DNA from: Macrostomum hystrix
Taxonomy: Eukaryota; Animalia; Platyhelminthes
Length of the DNA: 64,000 nt
Assembly (NCBI GenBank): GCA_950097015.1
Contig: CATNEN010000025.1
Span: 3,224,001 to 3,288,000 of the forward strand
Reading direction: 5' to 3'
The notes below the pieces were generated by a model. That model was not told the DNA's origin. It made no database searches and saw nothing but the letters and a program-made list of their open reading frames with translations. Every line of letters starts with the position of its first letter. Positions within the stretch are counted from its first letter, which is position 1. Below, piece by piece: positions 12,001 through 25,083 of the stretch. The position numbers and the translations under genes are program-made.

Positions 12001-14410
12001 CTCCACAAACACTCCAATATCTCCACAAACACTCCAATAACTCCACAGACACTCCAATATCTCCACAAACACTCCAGTAACTCCACAGACACTCCAATAT
12101 CTCCACAGACACTCCAATATCTCCACAAACACTCCAATAACTCCACAGACACTCCAATATCTCCACAGACACTCCAATATCTCCACAAACACTCCAATAA
12201 CTCCACAGACACTCCAATATCTCCACAAACACTCCAATACCTCCACAGACACTCCAATATCTCCACAGACACTCCAAAAGAATCCACAGACTCTAATATC
12301 TTCCAAGACCTCGAATATCTTCCAAGACACTCGAATATCTTCAAAGACACTCGAATATCTTCCAAGACCTCGAATATCTTCAAAGACACTCGAATATCAT
12401 CCAAGAAACTCGAATATCTCCACAGACACCCCAGTACCTCCACATACACTCGAATACGTCTACAGACACTCCAATACCTCCACAAACACTCCAATATCTC
12501 CACAAACACTCCAATATCTCCACAAACACTCCAATAACTCCACAGACACTCCAATATCTCCACAAACACTCCAATACCTCCACAGACACTCCAATATCTC
12601 CACAAACACTCCAATATCTCCACAAACACTCCAATACCTCCACAGACACTCCAATATCTCCACAAACACTCCAATATCTCCACAAACACTCCAATAACTC
12701 CACAGACACTCCAATATCTCCACAAACACTCCAATATCTCCACAAACACTCCAATATCTCCACAAACACTCCAATACCTCCACAGACACTCCAATACCTC
12801 CACAAACACTCCAATATCTCCACAAACACTCCAATATCTCCACAAACACTCCAATATCTCCACAGACACTCCAATACCTCCACAGACACTCAAAATATCT
12901 CCACAAACACTCCAATATCTCCACAAACACTCCAATAACTCCACAGACACTCCAATATCTCCACAAACACTCCAGTAACTCCACAGACACTCCAATATCT
13001 CCACAGACACTCCAATATCTCCACAAACACTCCAATAACTCCACAGACACTCCAATATCTCCACAGACACTCCAATATCTCCACAAACACTCCAATAACT
13101 CCACAGACACTCCAATATCTCCACAAACACTCCAATACCTCCACAGACACTCCAATATCTCCACAAACACTCCAATACCTCCACAGACACTCCAATATCT
13201 CCACAAACAATCCAATATCTCCACAAACACTCCAATAACTCCACAGACACTCCAATACCTCTACAAACACTCCAATATCTCCACAAACACTCCAATATCT
13301 CCACAGACACTCCAATATCTCCACAGACACTCCAATATCTCCACAGACACTCCAATATCCCCACAAACACTCCAATAACTCCACAGACACTCCAATATCT
13401 CCACAGACACTCTAATATCTCCACAGACACTCTAATATCTCCACAGACACTCAAATACCTCCACAGACACTCTAATATCTCCACAGACACTCCAAAAGAA
13501 TCCACAGACTCTAATATCTTCCAAGACCTCGATTATCTTCCAAGACACTCGAATATCTTCAAAGACACTCGAATATCTTCCAAGACCTCGAATATCTTCA
13601 AAGACACTCGAATATCATCCAAGAAACTCGAATATCTCCACAGACACCCCAGTACCTCCACATACACTCGAATACCTCTACAGACACTCCAATACCTCCA
13701 CAAACACTCCAATATCTCCACAAACACTCCAATATCTCCACAAACACTCCAATATCTCCACAAACACTCCAATACCTCCACAGACACTCCAATACCTCCA
13801 CAAACACTCCAATATCTCCACAAACACTCCAATATCTCCACAAACACTCCAATATCTCCACAGACACTCCAATACCTCCACAGACACTCCAATATCTCCA
13901 CAAACACTCCAATATCTCCACAAACACTCCAATAACTCCACAGACACTCCAATATCTCCACAAACACTCCAGTAACTCCACAGACACTCCAATACCTCCA
14001 CAGACACTCCAATATCTCCACAAACACTCCAATATCTCCACAAACACTCCAATAACTCCACAGACACTCCAATATCTCCACAAACACTCCAGTAACTCCA
14101 CAGACACTCCAATATCTCCACAGACACTCAAAATATCTCCACAAACACTCCAATAACTCCACAGACACTACAATATCTCCACAGACACTCCAATATCTCC
14201 ACAAACACTCCAATAACTCCACAGACACTCCAATATCTCCACAAACACTCCAATACCTCCACAGACACTCCAATATCTCCACAAACACTCCAATACCTCC
14301 ACAGACACTCCAATATCTCCACAAACACTCCAATATCTCCACAAACACTCCAATAACTCCACAGACACTCCAATACCTCTACAAACACTCCAGTAACTCC
14401 ACAGACACCC
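9095..14410. repeat. Large 20-bp satellite (ACTCCAATATCTCCACA(G/A)AC) with a 2015-bp higher-order period
   Basis: Marker block TCCAAAAGAATCC at 9821, 10258, 11476, 12273 and 13491. ORF pairs are offset by exactly 2015 (10365/12380, 10445/12460, 10875/12890). Confidence 0.95.
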
Positions 14411-14884
14411 CAGTGCCTACCTACCCAGGTCTGATATAAATTTGTTCCTTTTTTACAATACTACATCTGCCAATAGCTCTTGTTGTATCATTTTTCTTAT
14501 CGAAGTTCCAAACAATGTAGATCCATGGAACGAGCAATTACGCTCGTAACCTTTTCTCTCTCCCAGCCTCACCTTTATGTGTCTTCTTAAGTCTGCCGCC
14601 TCAGGCTTAGGACAGCTCCTGATATTTTAGCAATAGGTACGAGGACTGCTCATCATTGACCAGTCTCAAGCTTTGAGGGCCGTTTTGGTTGGAGAGTAGA
14701 AAACAAAGGCATAGGTAGGCAGGTGCTTTATTGGCCATTGGGGCGGATAAGCAAAATATTTGCGAAACAGTTCAGGCCGTTACGCTCGTATTAATCGAAA
14801 AATTAAGGATTTTTTAGAAGCAAATTCGAAAGTCCTGAAGTTCATGAAAGGACAGTCGCTGTTCACAGTACAGGACTTCTGTAT

Positions 14885-15570
14885 ACCCCTGACACAACAG
14901 GTATCTGTATTCGCCTGACAGACCTCTGTATCCCCCTGACAGACCTCTGTATCCCCCTGACAGACCTCTGTATCCTCCTGACAGACCTCTGTATCTTCCT
15001 GACAGTCTTTCTTTATCGCCCTGACAGGCCTCTGTGTCCCCCTGACAGACTTCATTATTTCCCTGACAGACCTCTGTATCCTCCTGACAGACCTCTGTAT
15101 CTTCCTGACAGTCTTTCTTTATCGCCTTGACAGACCTCTGTGTCCCCCTGACAGACTTCATTATTTCCCTGACAGACCTCTGTATCCTCCTGACAGACCT
15201 CTGTATCCCCCTGACAGACCTCTGTATCCTCCTGACAGACCTCTGTATCCCCCTGACAGACCTCTGTATCCTCCTGACAGACCTCTTTATCCTCCTGACA
15301 GACCTCTGTATCCTCCTGACAGACCTCTGTGTGCCCCTGACAGACTTCATTATTTCCCTGACAGACCTCTGTATCCTCCTGACAGACCTCTGTATCCTCC
15401 TGACGGACCTCTGTATCATCCTCCTGACAGACCTCTGAATCCTCCTGACAGGCCTCTGTATCCTCCTGACAGACCTCTGTATCCTCCTGACGGACCTCTG
15501 TATCATCCTCCTGACAGACCTCTGAATCCTCCTGACAGGCCTCTGTATCCTCCTGACAGACCTCTGTATC
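14885..15570. repeat. 21-bp minisatellite (CTGACAGACCTCTGTATCCTC)
   Basis: Tandem units. Confidence 0.95.
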
Positions 15571-15997
15571 CTCGCTAAGGAACATCTGTATTGCCCTATC
15601 AACATGCTGTCTGAGTAGTCAAAATCCTGCAAAATCACAGGTAGGAATTCAGAAAGTAAGTGGTAACAACAAAAACCATCAATTGACGTGGCGGACGCAT
15701 TAACACTCTGTCTTCCATTTTAGTATTTATCAAACCAAAAGAGATTTCCCTTTTATTGAAACCTGTTTTTATGTCTGTTGATTTTCGAATTATATTTTTA
15801 GAGTTGTGTTTTTATTGAGTCAAAAAATATTTAACAAAAAAATGAGGCCACAATTTAATTGCTCGACTTTGCTAATTAAACCGCTAAAGGTTTCTTTATC
15901 GATAAACATTCCAAGCCGTCCCGCATCAAGGTAATTAATTAATCAGCCAGTTATTTTAGGTGTCAAAAAACAATTATTGGCCAGTTCGTGAGCTTCT

Positions 15998-16237
15998 CTA
16001 CCAGGCCTGCGCCACAAAAGGATGCCGCGCTCTTTTGATGTACGCCGCCGGTCGCTCGTCCGGATCGGCCTCCGTTACCTCCGACAGCCGCTCCAGCTCG
16101 TCGGGCGGCGTGTCTTTGATGACATCGGGCGCGTTGTCGAGACTGCGAAGTCTAAAGGCAAGAACGCTCGGAGCCACATTGTGCCAACACACCAGAGTCA
16201 GCACCAGGATGAAGAGGGTAGTGGCGTTCCTTGACAT
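15998..16237 (-). CDS. Small secreted protein, candidate neuropeptide precursor (79 aa)
   Basis: Hydrophobic signal peptide (TTLFILVLTLVCWHNVAPSVLA), acidic spacer, dibasic KR, then ARHPFVAQAW-stop. GC-rich coding-like composition. The ATG is directly preceded by a splice acceptor (tttcctgttacccgcag). Confidence 0.65.
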   Translation of the reverse strand: MSRNATTLFILVLTLVCWHNVAPSVLAFRLRSLDNAPDVIKDTPPDELERLSEVTEADPDERPAAYIKRARHPFVAQAW

Positions 16238-16299
16238 CTGCGGGTAACAGGAAATAAGTAGCTAGTGAGTACAGCTAGAAATCATTTGAGCACTCAAGT

Positions 16300-16605
16300 G
16301 TGTCAGTGTAAATGGTGTCAGTGGGAATGTGTGTCAGTGTGAATGGATGTCAGTGTGAATGGATGTCAGTGGGAATGGATGTCAGTGTGAATGGATGTCA
16401 GTGTGAATGGATGTCAGTGTGAATGGATGTCAGTGGGAATGGATGTCAGTGTGAATGGATGTCAGTGTAAATGGATGTCAGTGTGAATGGATGTCAGTGT
16501 GAATGGATGTCAGTGGGAATGGATGTCAGTGGGAATGGATGTCAGTGTGAATGGATGTCAGTGGGAATGGTGTCAGTGTGAATAAATGTCAGTGTGAATG
16601 GGTGT
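16300..16605. repeat. Left arm of the GTCAGTGTGAATGG(A/G)T 15/16-bp satellite
   Basis: Tandem units, mostly the GGAT variant. Confidence 0.95.
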
Positions 16606-17202
16606 CTCTCTCTCTATCTATTTGCAGGGGGGCCCAGGGCACTTGTCGCACAAGCGACGGAGCGGCACGCCCCCAGACCGGCGAACTAGGCGCTTTTGCG
16701 CCCATCGCGCCGCCTCCCCTGAGCAGGCACCACACACAGCAGCACAGACCAGCCGGGGAGGGCAGGAGGCACCCAGAATAGGCAGCAGTGTCCCCCACGC
16801 CAGCCCCACACGCACATAGCAGACCCAAGCCGGGGCGGAAGGCTGATAAGAAATCAGTCCTTAGGGGGGGCCGGGTGATGAGTGTACACTTATCCAATCG
16901 CGCTGACGGAAGTCCAGAAAGCGCGCGGCGGTGTACACCCGCCCTCCAGCCACCCCCCGCAAGGCCTCACGCCCCAGCGCCAACGCACACAACTCACACA
17001 ACGCAGAACAGGCACACAGAAGGTAGGAGCGAAGCTATTATTTCAAGCTTTGATTGCTCGAAATATGGTACACCTCCGCCGGTCGCTACTGTCCAAACCC
17101 CCCAACAAGTCCCGAAATTAATCGTGACTAGAAGGGTGAATCGAACTAGCGTCCTTTGGAGTGCGAGGCAGCGACGTTAGCCGCTGACCCACTCGCCCCC
17201 CG

Positions 17203-20200
17203 TGAATGGGTGTCAGTGTAAATGGTATCAGTGTGAATGGGTGTCAGTGTGAAGGGTGTCAGTGTGAATGGTGTCAGTGTGAATGGGTGTCAGTGTGAAG
17301 GGTGTCAGTGTGAATGGATGTCAGTGTGAATGGGTATCAGTGTGAAGGGTGTCAGTGTGAATGGATGTCAGTGTGAAGGGTGTCAGTGTGAATGGTGTCA
17401 GTGTGAATGGTGTCAGTGTGAAGGGTGTCAGTGTGAATGGTGTCAGTGTGAATGGTGTCAGTGTGAAGGGTGTCAGTGTGAAGGGTGTCAGTGTGAATGG
17501 TGTCAGTGTGAAGGATGTCAGTGTGAATGGTGTCAGTGTGAATGGTGTCAGTGTGAATGGGTGTCAGTGTGAATGGGTGTCAGTGTGAATGGTGTCAGTG
17601 TGAATGGTGTCAGTGTGAATGGTGTCAGTGTGAAGGGTGTCAGTGTGAAGGATGTCAGTGTGAATGGTGTCAGTGTGAATGGTGTCAGTGTGAATGGGTG
17701 TCAGTGTGAATGGGTGTCAGTGTGAATGGTGTCAGTGTGAATGGTGTCAGTGTGAATGGTGTCAGTGTGAATTGGTGTCAGTGTGAATGGTGTCAGTGTG
17801 AAGGGTGTCAGTGTGAATGGTGTCAGTGTGAATGGTGTCAGTGTGAATGGTGTCAGTGTGAAGGGTGTCAGTGTGAATGGTGTCAGTGTGAAGGATGTCA
17901 GTGTGAATGGTGTCAGTGTGAATGGTGTCAGTGTGAATGGGTGTCAGTGTGAATGGGTGTCAGTGTGAATGGTGTCAGTGTGAATGGTGTCAGTGTGAAT
18001 GGTGTCAGTGTGAAGGGTGTCAGTGTGAATGGTGTCAGTGTGAATGGGTGTCAGTGTGAATGGGTGTCAGTGTGAATGGTGTCAGTGTGAATGGGTGTCA
18101 GTGTGAATGGGTGTCAGTGTGAATGGGTGTCAGTGTGAATGGTGTCAGTGTGAATGGTGTCAGTGTGAATGGGTGTCAGTGTGAATGGGTGTCAGTGTGA
18201 ATGGTGTCAGTGTGAATGGGTGTCAGTGTGAATGGGTGTCAGTGTGAATGGTGTCAGTGTGAATGGGTGTCAGTGTGAATGGGTGTCAGTGTGAATGGGT
18301 GTCAGTGTGAATGGTGTCAGTGTGAATGGTGTCAGTGTGAATGGGTGTCAGTGTGAATGGGTGTCAGTGTGAATGGTGTCAGTGTGAATGGGTGTCAGTG
18401 TGAATGGGTGTCAGTGTGAATGGTGTCAGTGTGAATGGTGTCAGTGTGAATGGGTGTCAGTGTGAATGGGTGTCAGTGTGAATGGGTGTCAGTGTGAATG
18501 GTGTCAGTGTGAATGGGTGTCAGTGTGAATGGTGTCAGTGTGAATGGTGTCAGTGTGAATGGGTGTCAGTGTGAATGGGTGTCAGTGTGAATGGGTGTCA
18601 GTGTGAATGGTGTCAGTGTGAATGGTGTCAGTGTGAATGGGTGTCAGTGTGAATGGGTGTCAGTGTGAATGGGTGTCAGTGTGAATGGGTGTCAGTGTGA
18701 ATGGGTGTCAGTGTGAATGGGTGTCAGTGTGAATGGGTGTCAGTGTGAATGGTGTCAGTGTGAATGGGTGTCAGTGTGAATGGGTGTCAGTGTGAATGGT
18801 ATCAGTGTGAATGGTGTCAGTGTGAATGGGTGTCAGTGTGAATGGGTGTCAGTGTGAATGGTGTCAGTGTGAATGGGTGTCAGTGTGAATGGTGTCAGTG
18901 TGAATGGTGTCAGTGTGAATGGGTGTCAGTGTGAATGGTGTCAGTGTGAATGGTGTCAGTGTGAATGGTGTCAGTGTGAATGGTGTCAGTGTGAATGGGT
19001 GTCAGTGTGAATGGGTGTCAGTGTGAATGGGTGTCAGTGTGAATGGTGTCAGTGTGAATGGGTGTCAGTGTGAATGGTGTCAGTGTGAATGGGTGTCAGT
19101 GTGAATGGGTGTCAGTGTGAATGGTGTCAGTGTGAATGGGTGTCAGTGTGAATGGGTGTCAGTGTGAATGGGTGTCAGTGTGAATGGGTGTCAGTGTGAA
19201 TGGGTGTCAGTGTGAATGGGTGTCAGTGTGAATGGTGTCAGTGTGAATGGTGTCAGTGTGAATGGGTGTCAGTGTGAATGGGTGTCAGTGTGAATGGGTG
19301 TCAGTGTGAATGGTGTCAGTGTGAATGGGTGTCAGTGTGAATGGTGTCAGTGTGAATGGTGTCAGTGTGAATGGGTGTCAGTGTGAATGGGTGTCAGTGT
19401 GAATGGGTGTCAGTGTGAATGGGTGTCAGTGTGAATGGGTGTCAGTGTGAATGGGTGTCAGTGTGAATGGGTGTCAGTGTGAATGGGTGTCAGTGTGAAT
19501 GGGTGTCAGTGTGAATGGGTGTCAGTGTGAATGGGTGTCAGTGTGAATGGGTGTCAGTGTGAATGGGTGTCAGTGTGAATGGGTGTCAGTGTGAATGGGT
19601 GTCAGTGTGAATGGTATCAGTGTGAATGGGTGTCAGTGTGAATGGGTGTCAGTGTGAATGGTGTCAGTGTGAATGGGTGTCAGTGTGAATGGGTGTCAGT
19701 GTGAATGGGTGTCAGTGTGAATGGTGTCAGTGTGAATGGTGGTCAGTGTGAATGGGTGTCAGTGTGAATGGGTGTCAGTGTGAATGGGTGTCAGTGTGAA
19801 TGGGTGTCAGTGTGAATGGGTGTCAGTGTGAATGGTGTCAGTGTGAATGGTGTCAGTGTGAATGGGTGTCAGTGTGAATGGGTGTCAGTGTGAATGGGTG
19901 TCAGTGTGAATGGTGTCAGTGTGAATGGTGTCAGTGTGAATGGGTGTCAGTGTGAATGGTGTCAGTGTGAATGGTGTCAGTGTGAATGGGTGTCAGTGTG
20001 AATGGGTGTCAGTGTGAATGGGTGTCAGTGTGAATGGTGTCAGTGTGAATGGTGTCAGTGTGAATGGGTGTCAGTGTGAATGGGTGTCAGTGTGAATGGT
20101 GTCAGTGTGAATGGTATCAGTGTGAATGGGTGTCAGTGTGAATGGGTGTCAGTGTGAATGGATGTCATTGTGAATGGGTGTCAGTGTGAATGGGTGTCAG

Positions 20201-20250
20201 TGTGAATGGTGTCAGTGTGAGTGGTGTCAGTGTGAATCTGTGTCAGTGGG
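17203..20250. repeat. Right arm of the GTCAGTGTGAATGG(G)T satellite (mixed 15-bp and 16-bp units)
   Basis: About 3 kb of tandem units. Confidence 0.97.
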
Positions 20251-20792
20251 AAAGCGCATTGCTGAGGTGGATGTTAACTTTCTACTGCCGATTTCAGAAA
20301 TAGCTGGTCATATTATGACATTTGAGAAGCTGAGAAAAAGTGAATCGGGTCAAATAGCACCGACTTGAGTACACAGATTTTAGATGGAATGAATTTTCCG
20401 AAACAGAAAAAATACTGCAAGTCAAATCTGATCCGATTGTAGCGTTTTATTTGCCAGGAAACTCAGATTGGATGTTAAAATAGGAGGCATAGAATATGTG
20501 GCATTCACTGCTTTTCTAAGGGAAAAGGCCCAAACATTTCCTCCCAGCAGACTAAACTAGGGTGCGGAGATAGTCATCCATTAAGCGGTGAGGATTTTCA
20601 TTAAATAATTTCAGCAATGGGGTAAGACAAAAAATTATCATTTAACTATCCTAAATTGATTGAAAAATGGGGAGAATTTGTGTAGATCTGATTTAATTTT
20701 TTTGCGGGGCCTGTCATCTCAACAGTGGCATCGGATTTGTTTATTATCATTCCTATAAATTCAGCCTGCCGTTTTCATTTTTTCGATAGTCC

Positions 20793-22935
20793 CAGCTGTC
20801 TCTAATTGTCTCTCCAGCTGTCTCTAATTGTCTCTCCAGCTGTCTCTAATTGTCTCTCCAGCTGTCTCTAATTGTCTCTCCAGCTGTCTCTAATTGTCTC
20901 TCCAGCTGTCTCTAATTGTCTCTCCAGCTGTCTCTAATTGTCTCTCCAGCTGTCTCTAATTGTCTCTCCAGCTGTCTCTAATTGTCTCTCCAGCTGTCTC
21001 TAATTGTCTCTCCAGCTGTCTCTAATTGTCTCTCCAGCTGTCTCTAATTGTCTCTCCAGCTGTCTCTAATTGTCTTTCCAGCTGTCTCTAATTGTCTCTC
21101 CAGCTGTCTCTGATTGTTTCTCCAGCTGTCTCTAATTGTTTCTCCAGCTGTCTCTAATTGTCTCTCCAGCTGTCTCTAATTGTCTCTCCAGCTGTCTCTA
21201 ATTGTCTCTCCAGCTGTCTCTAATTGTCTCTCCAGCTGTCTCTAATTGTCTCTCCAGCTGTCTCTAATTGTCTCTCCAGCTGTCTCTAATTGTCTCTCCA
21301 GCTGTCTCTGATTGTTTCTCCAGCTGTCTCTAATTGTCTCTCCAGCTGTCTCTAATTGTCTTTCCAGCTGTCTCTAATTGTCTCTCCAGCTGTCTCTAAT
21401 TGTCTCTCCAGCTGTCTCTAATTGTCTCTCCAGCTGTCTCTGATTGTTTCTCCAGCTGTCTCTAATTGTCTCTCCAGCTGTCTCTAATTGTCTTTCCAGC
21501 TGTCTCTAATTGTCTCTCCAGCTGTCTCTGATTGTTTCTCCAGCTGTCTCTAATTGTTTCTCCAGCTGTCTCTAATTGTCTCTCCAGCTGTCTCTAATTG
21601 TCTCTCCAGCTGTCTCTAATTGTCTCTCCAGCTGTCTCTAATTGTCTCTCCAGCTGTCTCTAATTGTCTCTCCAGCTGTCTCTAATTGTCTCTCCAGCTG
21701 TCTCTGATTGTTTCTCCAGCTGTCTCTAATTGTCTCTCCAGCTGTCTCTAATTGTCTTTCCAGCTGTCTCTAATTGTCTCTCCAGCTGTCTCTGATTGTT
21801 TCTCCAGCTGTCTCTAATTGTTTCTCCAGCTGTCTCTAATTGTCTCTCCAGCTGTCTCTAATTGTCTCTCCAGCTGTCTCTAATTGTCTCTCCAGCTGTC
21901 TCTAATTGTCTCTCCAGCTGTCTCTAATTGTCTCTCCAGCTGTCTCTAATTGTCTCTCCAGCTGTCTCTAACTGTCTCTCCAGCTGTCTCTAACTGTCTC
22001 TCCAGCTGTCTCTAATTGTCTCTCCAGCTGTCTCTAATTGTCTCTCCAGCTGTCTCTAATTGTCTCTCCAGCTGTCTCTAATTGTCTCTCCAGCTGTCTC
22101 TAATTGTCTCTCCAGCTGTCTCTAATTGTCTCTCCAGCTGTCTCTGATTGTTTCTCCAGCTGTCTCTAATTGTCTCTCCAGCTGTCTCTAATTGTCTTTC
22201 CAGCTGTCTCTAATTGTCTCTCCAGCTGTCTCTGATTGTTTCTCCAGCTGTCTCTAATTGTTTCTCCAGCTGTCTCTAATTGTCTCTCCAGCTGTCTCTA
22301 ATTGTCTCTCCAGCTGTCTCTAATTGTCTCTCCAGCTGTCTCTAATTGTCTCTCCAGCTGTCTCTAATTGTCTCTCCAGCTGTCTCTAATTGTCTCTCCA
22401 GCTGTCTCTAACTGTCTCTCCAGCTGTCTCTAACTGTCTCTCCAGCTGTCTCTAATTGTCTCTCCAGCTGTCTCTAACTGTCTCTCCAGCTGTCTCTAAC
22501 TGTCTCTCCAGCTGTCTCTCCAGCTGTCTCTAATTGTCTCTCCAGCTGTCTCTAATTGTCTCTCCAGCTGTCTCTAATTGTCTCTCCAGCTGTCTCTAAT
22601 TGTCTCTCCAGCTGTCTCTAATTGTCTCTCCAGCTGTCTCTAATTGTCTCTCCAGCTGTCTCTAATTGTCTCTCCAGCTGTCTCTAATTGTCTCTCCAGC
22701 TGTCTCTAATTGTCTCTCCAGCTGTCTCTAATTGTCTCTCCAGCTGTCTCTAATTGTCTCTCCAGCTGTCTCTAATTGTCTCTCCAGCTGTCTCTAATTG
22801 TCTCTCCAGCTGTCTCTCCAGCTGTCTCTCCAGCTGTCTCTCCAGCTGTCTCTCCAGCTGTCTCTCCAGCTGTCTCTCCAGCTGTCTCTCCAGCTGTCTC
22901 TCCAGCTGTCTCTCCTACTGTCTCTCCTGTTGTCT
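20793..22935. repeat. 22-bp satellite (CCAGCTGTCTCTAATTGTCTCT) collapsing to a 12-bp unit (CCAGCTGTCTCT) at the right end
   Basis: Highly homogeneous tandem units. Confidence 0.97.
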
Positions 22936-23175
22936 CATCTAACCAAGAGTTATTAAATCGGAATAGAGGCACCTCACAATGGCCCAAAAATTCAGAGAAC
23001 CGTTATTTGAACAGACTTAAGATCCTTATCAAAGTAAGTTTTTTGTCTTTTTGCCTGCCAGAACTAGCTTGAGGACAACAAAATTGTTTTTTCGGAGCAG
23101 ACACGGAAATCACTGTCTCTGGCGAAATTGCCGGCCTTGCTTAATTGCGATGAAAGCAAAACCGAAACTTTGCTC

Positions 23176-23845
23176 ATCTTCCATCTCCATTCACCCATCT
23201 TCCATCTCCATTCTCCTATCTTGCATCTCCATTCTCCCATCTTCCATCTCCATTCTCCCATCTTCCATCTCCATTCTCCCATCTTCCATCTCCATTCACC
23301 CATCTTCCATCTCCATTCTCCTATCTTCCATCTCCATTCACCCATCTTCCATCTCTATTCTCCCATCTTCCATCTCCATTCACCCATCTTCCATCTCCAT
23401 TCACCCATCTTCCATCTCCATTCTCCCATCTTGCATCTCAATTTACCCATCTTCCATCTCCATTCACCCATCTTGCATCTCCATTCTCCCATCTTGCATC
23501 TCCATTCTCCCATCTTCCATCTCCATTCTCCCATCTTCCATCTCCATTCTCCCATCTTGCATCTCCATTCTCCAATCTTGCATCTCCATTCTCCCATCTT
23601 CCATCTCCATTCACCCATCTTCCATCTCCATTCTCCCATCTTGCATCTCCATTCTCCTATCTTCCATCTCCATTCACCCATCTTCCATCTCCATTCTCCC
23701 ATCTTCCATCTCCATTCACCCATCTTCCATCTCCATTCTCCCATCTTGCATCTCCATTCACCCATCTTCCATCTCCATTCTCCCATCGTCCATCTACAAT
23801 CTCTCATCTAAAGTCCACCATCTCCCGTATCCATTCTCCAATCTA
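23176..23845. repeat. 21-bp pyrimidine-rich minisatellite (CATCTTCCATCTCCATTCTCC)
   Basis: Tandem units. Confidence 0.95.
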
Positions 23846-24117
23846 TGAAGTAGCAAGATGCAGTGAAGAAGATGATGAGATGAAGCAAGCATTTTCTTGG
23901 ACTATACTTAAAAGCATGAAACAACAGCCACTCGCGGCGCACTTCAGACTAGATTAAGCTCAACCCAACTCAACCCAACTCTAGTACAAACACAAATGTT
24001 TGCTTGTTCTGTGGGTTTGAATAAGTGGGAAAAAGCAAGATGGGAGAATACTACTGCAACTATGAAATATCTGCAACTACTAGTTTATTGCCTTATTTAG
24101 TTTTTGAGGTTTCTTGA

Positions 24118-24613
24118 GGTTAGCGGAGGTTTATTCAGGTTAGCGGAGGTTTATTCAGGTTAGCGGAGGTTTATTCAGATTAGCGGAGGTTTATTCAGGT
24201 TAGCGGAGGTTCATTCAGGTTAGCGGAGGTTTATTCAGGTTAGCGGAGGTTTATTCAGATTAGCGGAGGTTCATTCAGGTTAGCGGAGGTTTATTCAGGT
24301 TAGCGGAGGTTTATTCAGATTAGCGGAGGTTTATTCAGGTTAGCGGAGGCTTATTCAGGTTAGCGGAGGTTTATTCAGGTTAGCGGAGGTTTATTCAGGT
24401 TAGCGGAGGTTTATTCAGGTTAGCGGAGGTTTATTCAGGTTAGCGGAGGTTTATTCAGGTTAGCGGTGGTTTATTCAGGTTAGCGGAGGTTTATTCAGGT
24501 TAGCGGAGGTTTATTCAGATTAGCAGAGGTTCATTCAGGTTAGCTGAGGTTTATTCAGGTTAGCGGAGGTTTATTCAGGTTAGCGGAGGTTTATTCAGGT
24601 TAGCGGAGGTTTA
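24118..24613. repeat. 20-bp minisatellite (GGTTAGCGGAGGTTTATTCA)
   Basis: Tandem units. Confidence 0.95.
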
Positions 24614-25083
24614 ATAAAGTTTAAGTTGTACAAACTGCAACATAAAATATAATTACCTTGATAATGTTTCAGTTGTTTGTCAAGTGAAAAAATAGTAGAT
24701 TTCTTGCTCAATAATTTCACAGACTAGAACCAAGCGAAGGACCAGGACGAGACAGTCTAGAAAGGAAATACGAAATCCCATTTGGGGTGGGTGGCACAAT
24801 GGCTGGATATCCCGGTTCCCTGCCAGCCAATTGGGGATTCCGTTGAGACTTGCAGAATCCCCTAAACTTTCTCGAGTTCTCTTCCTAGCTTTTATCGAAT
24901 TTCATGGAAATAGAATGCCAAAAGACGAAATGAAATTACTGGAGGCACTAGAAAGAGGTTATCCACAACTCAAATCGGCGAAATTCAAAAGTAAATCAAA
25001 TTCCGCTTGTAAGTCGCGCTGTTTATTGCTATGTTGCAGACTTTTTATTGCATTTTCCTTGTTAATTACCCATTAAATTTCAA

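Noticed and set aside
9928-14388. Long minus-strand ORFs (up to 800 aa) of LECLWRYWSVCGDIGV repeats
   Set aside because: Translations of a 20-bp satellite, open in all three frames and switching frame with indels; no unique domain.
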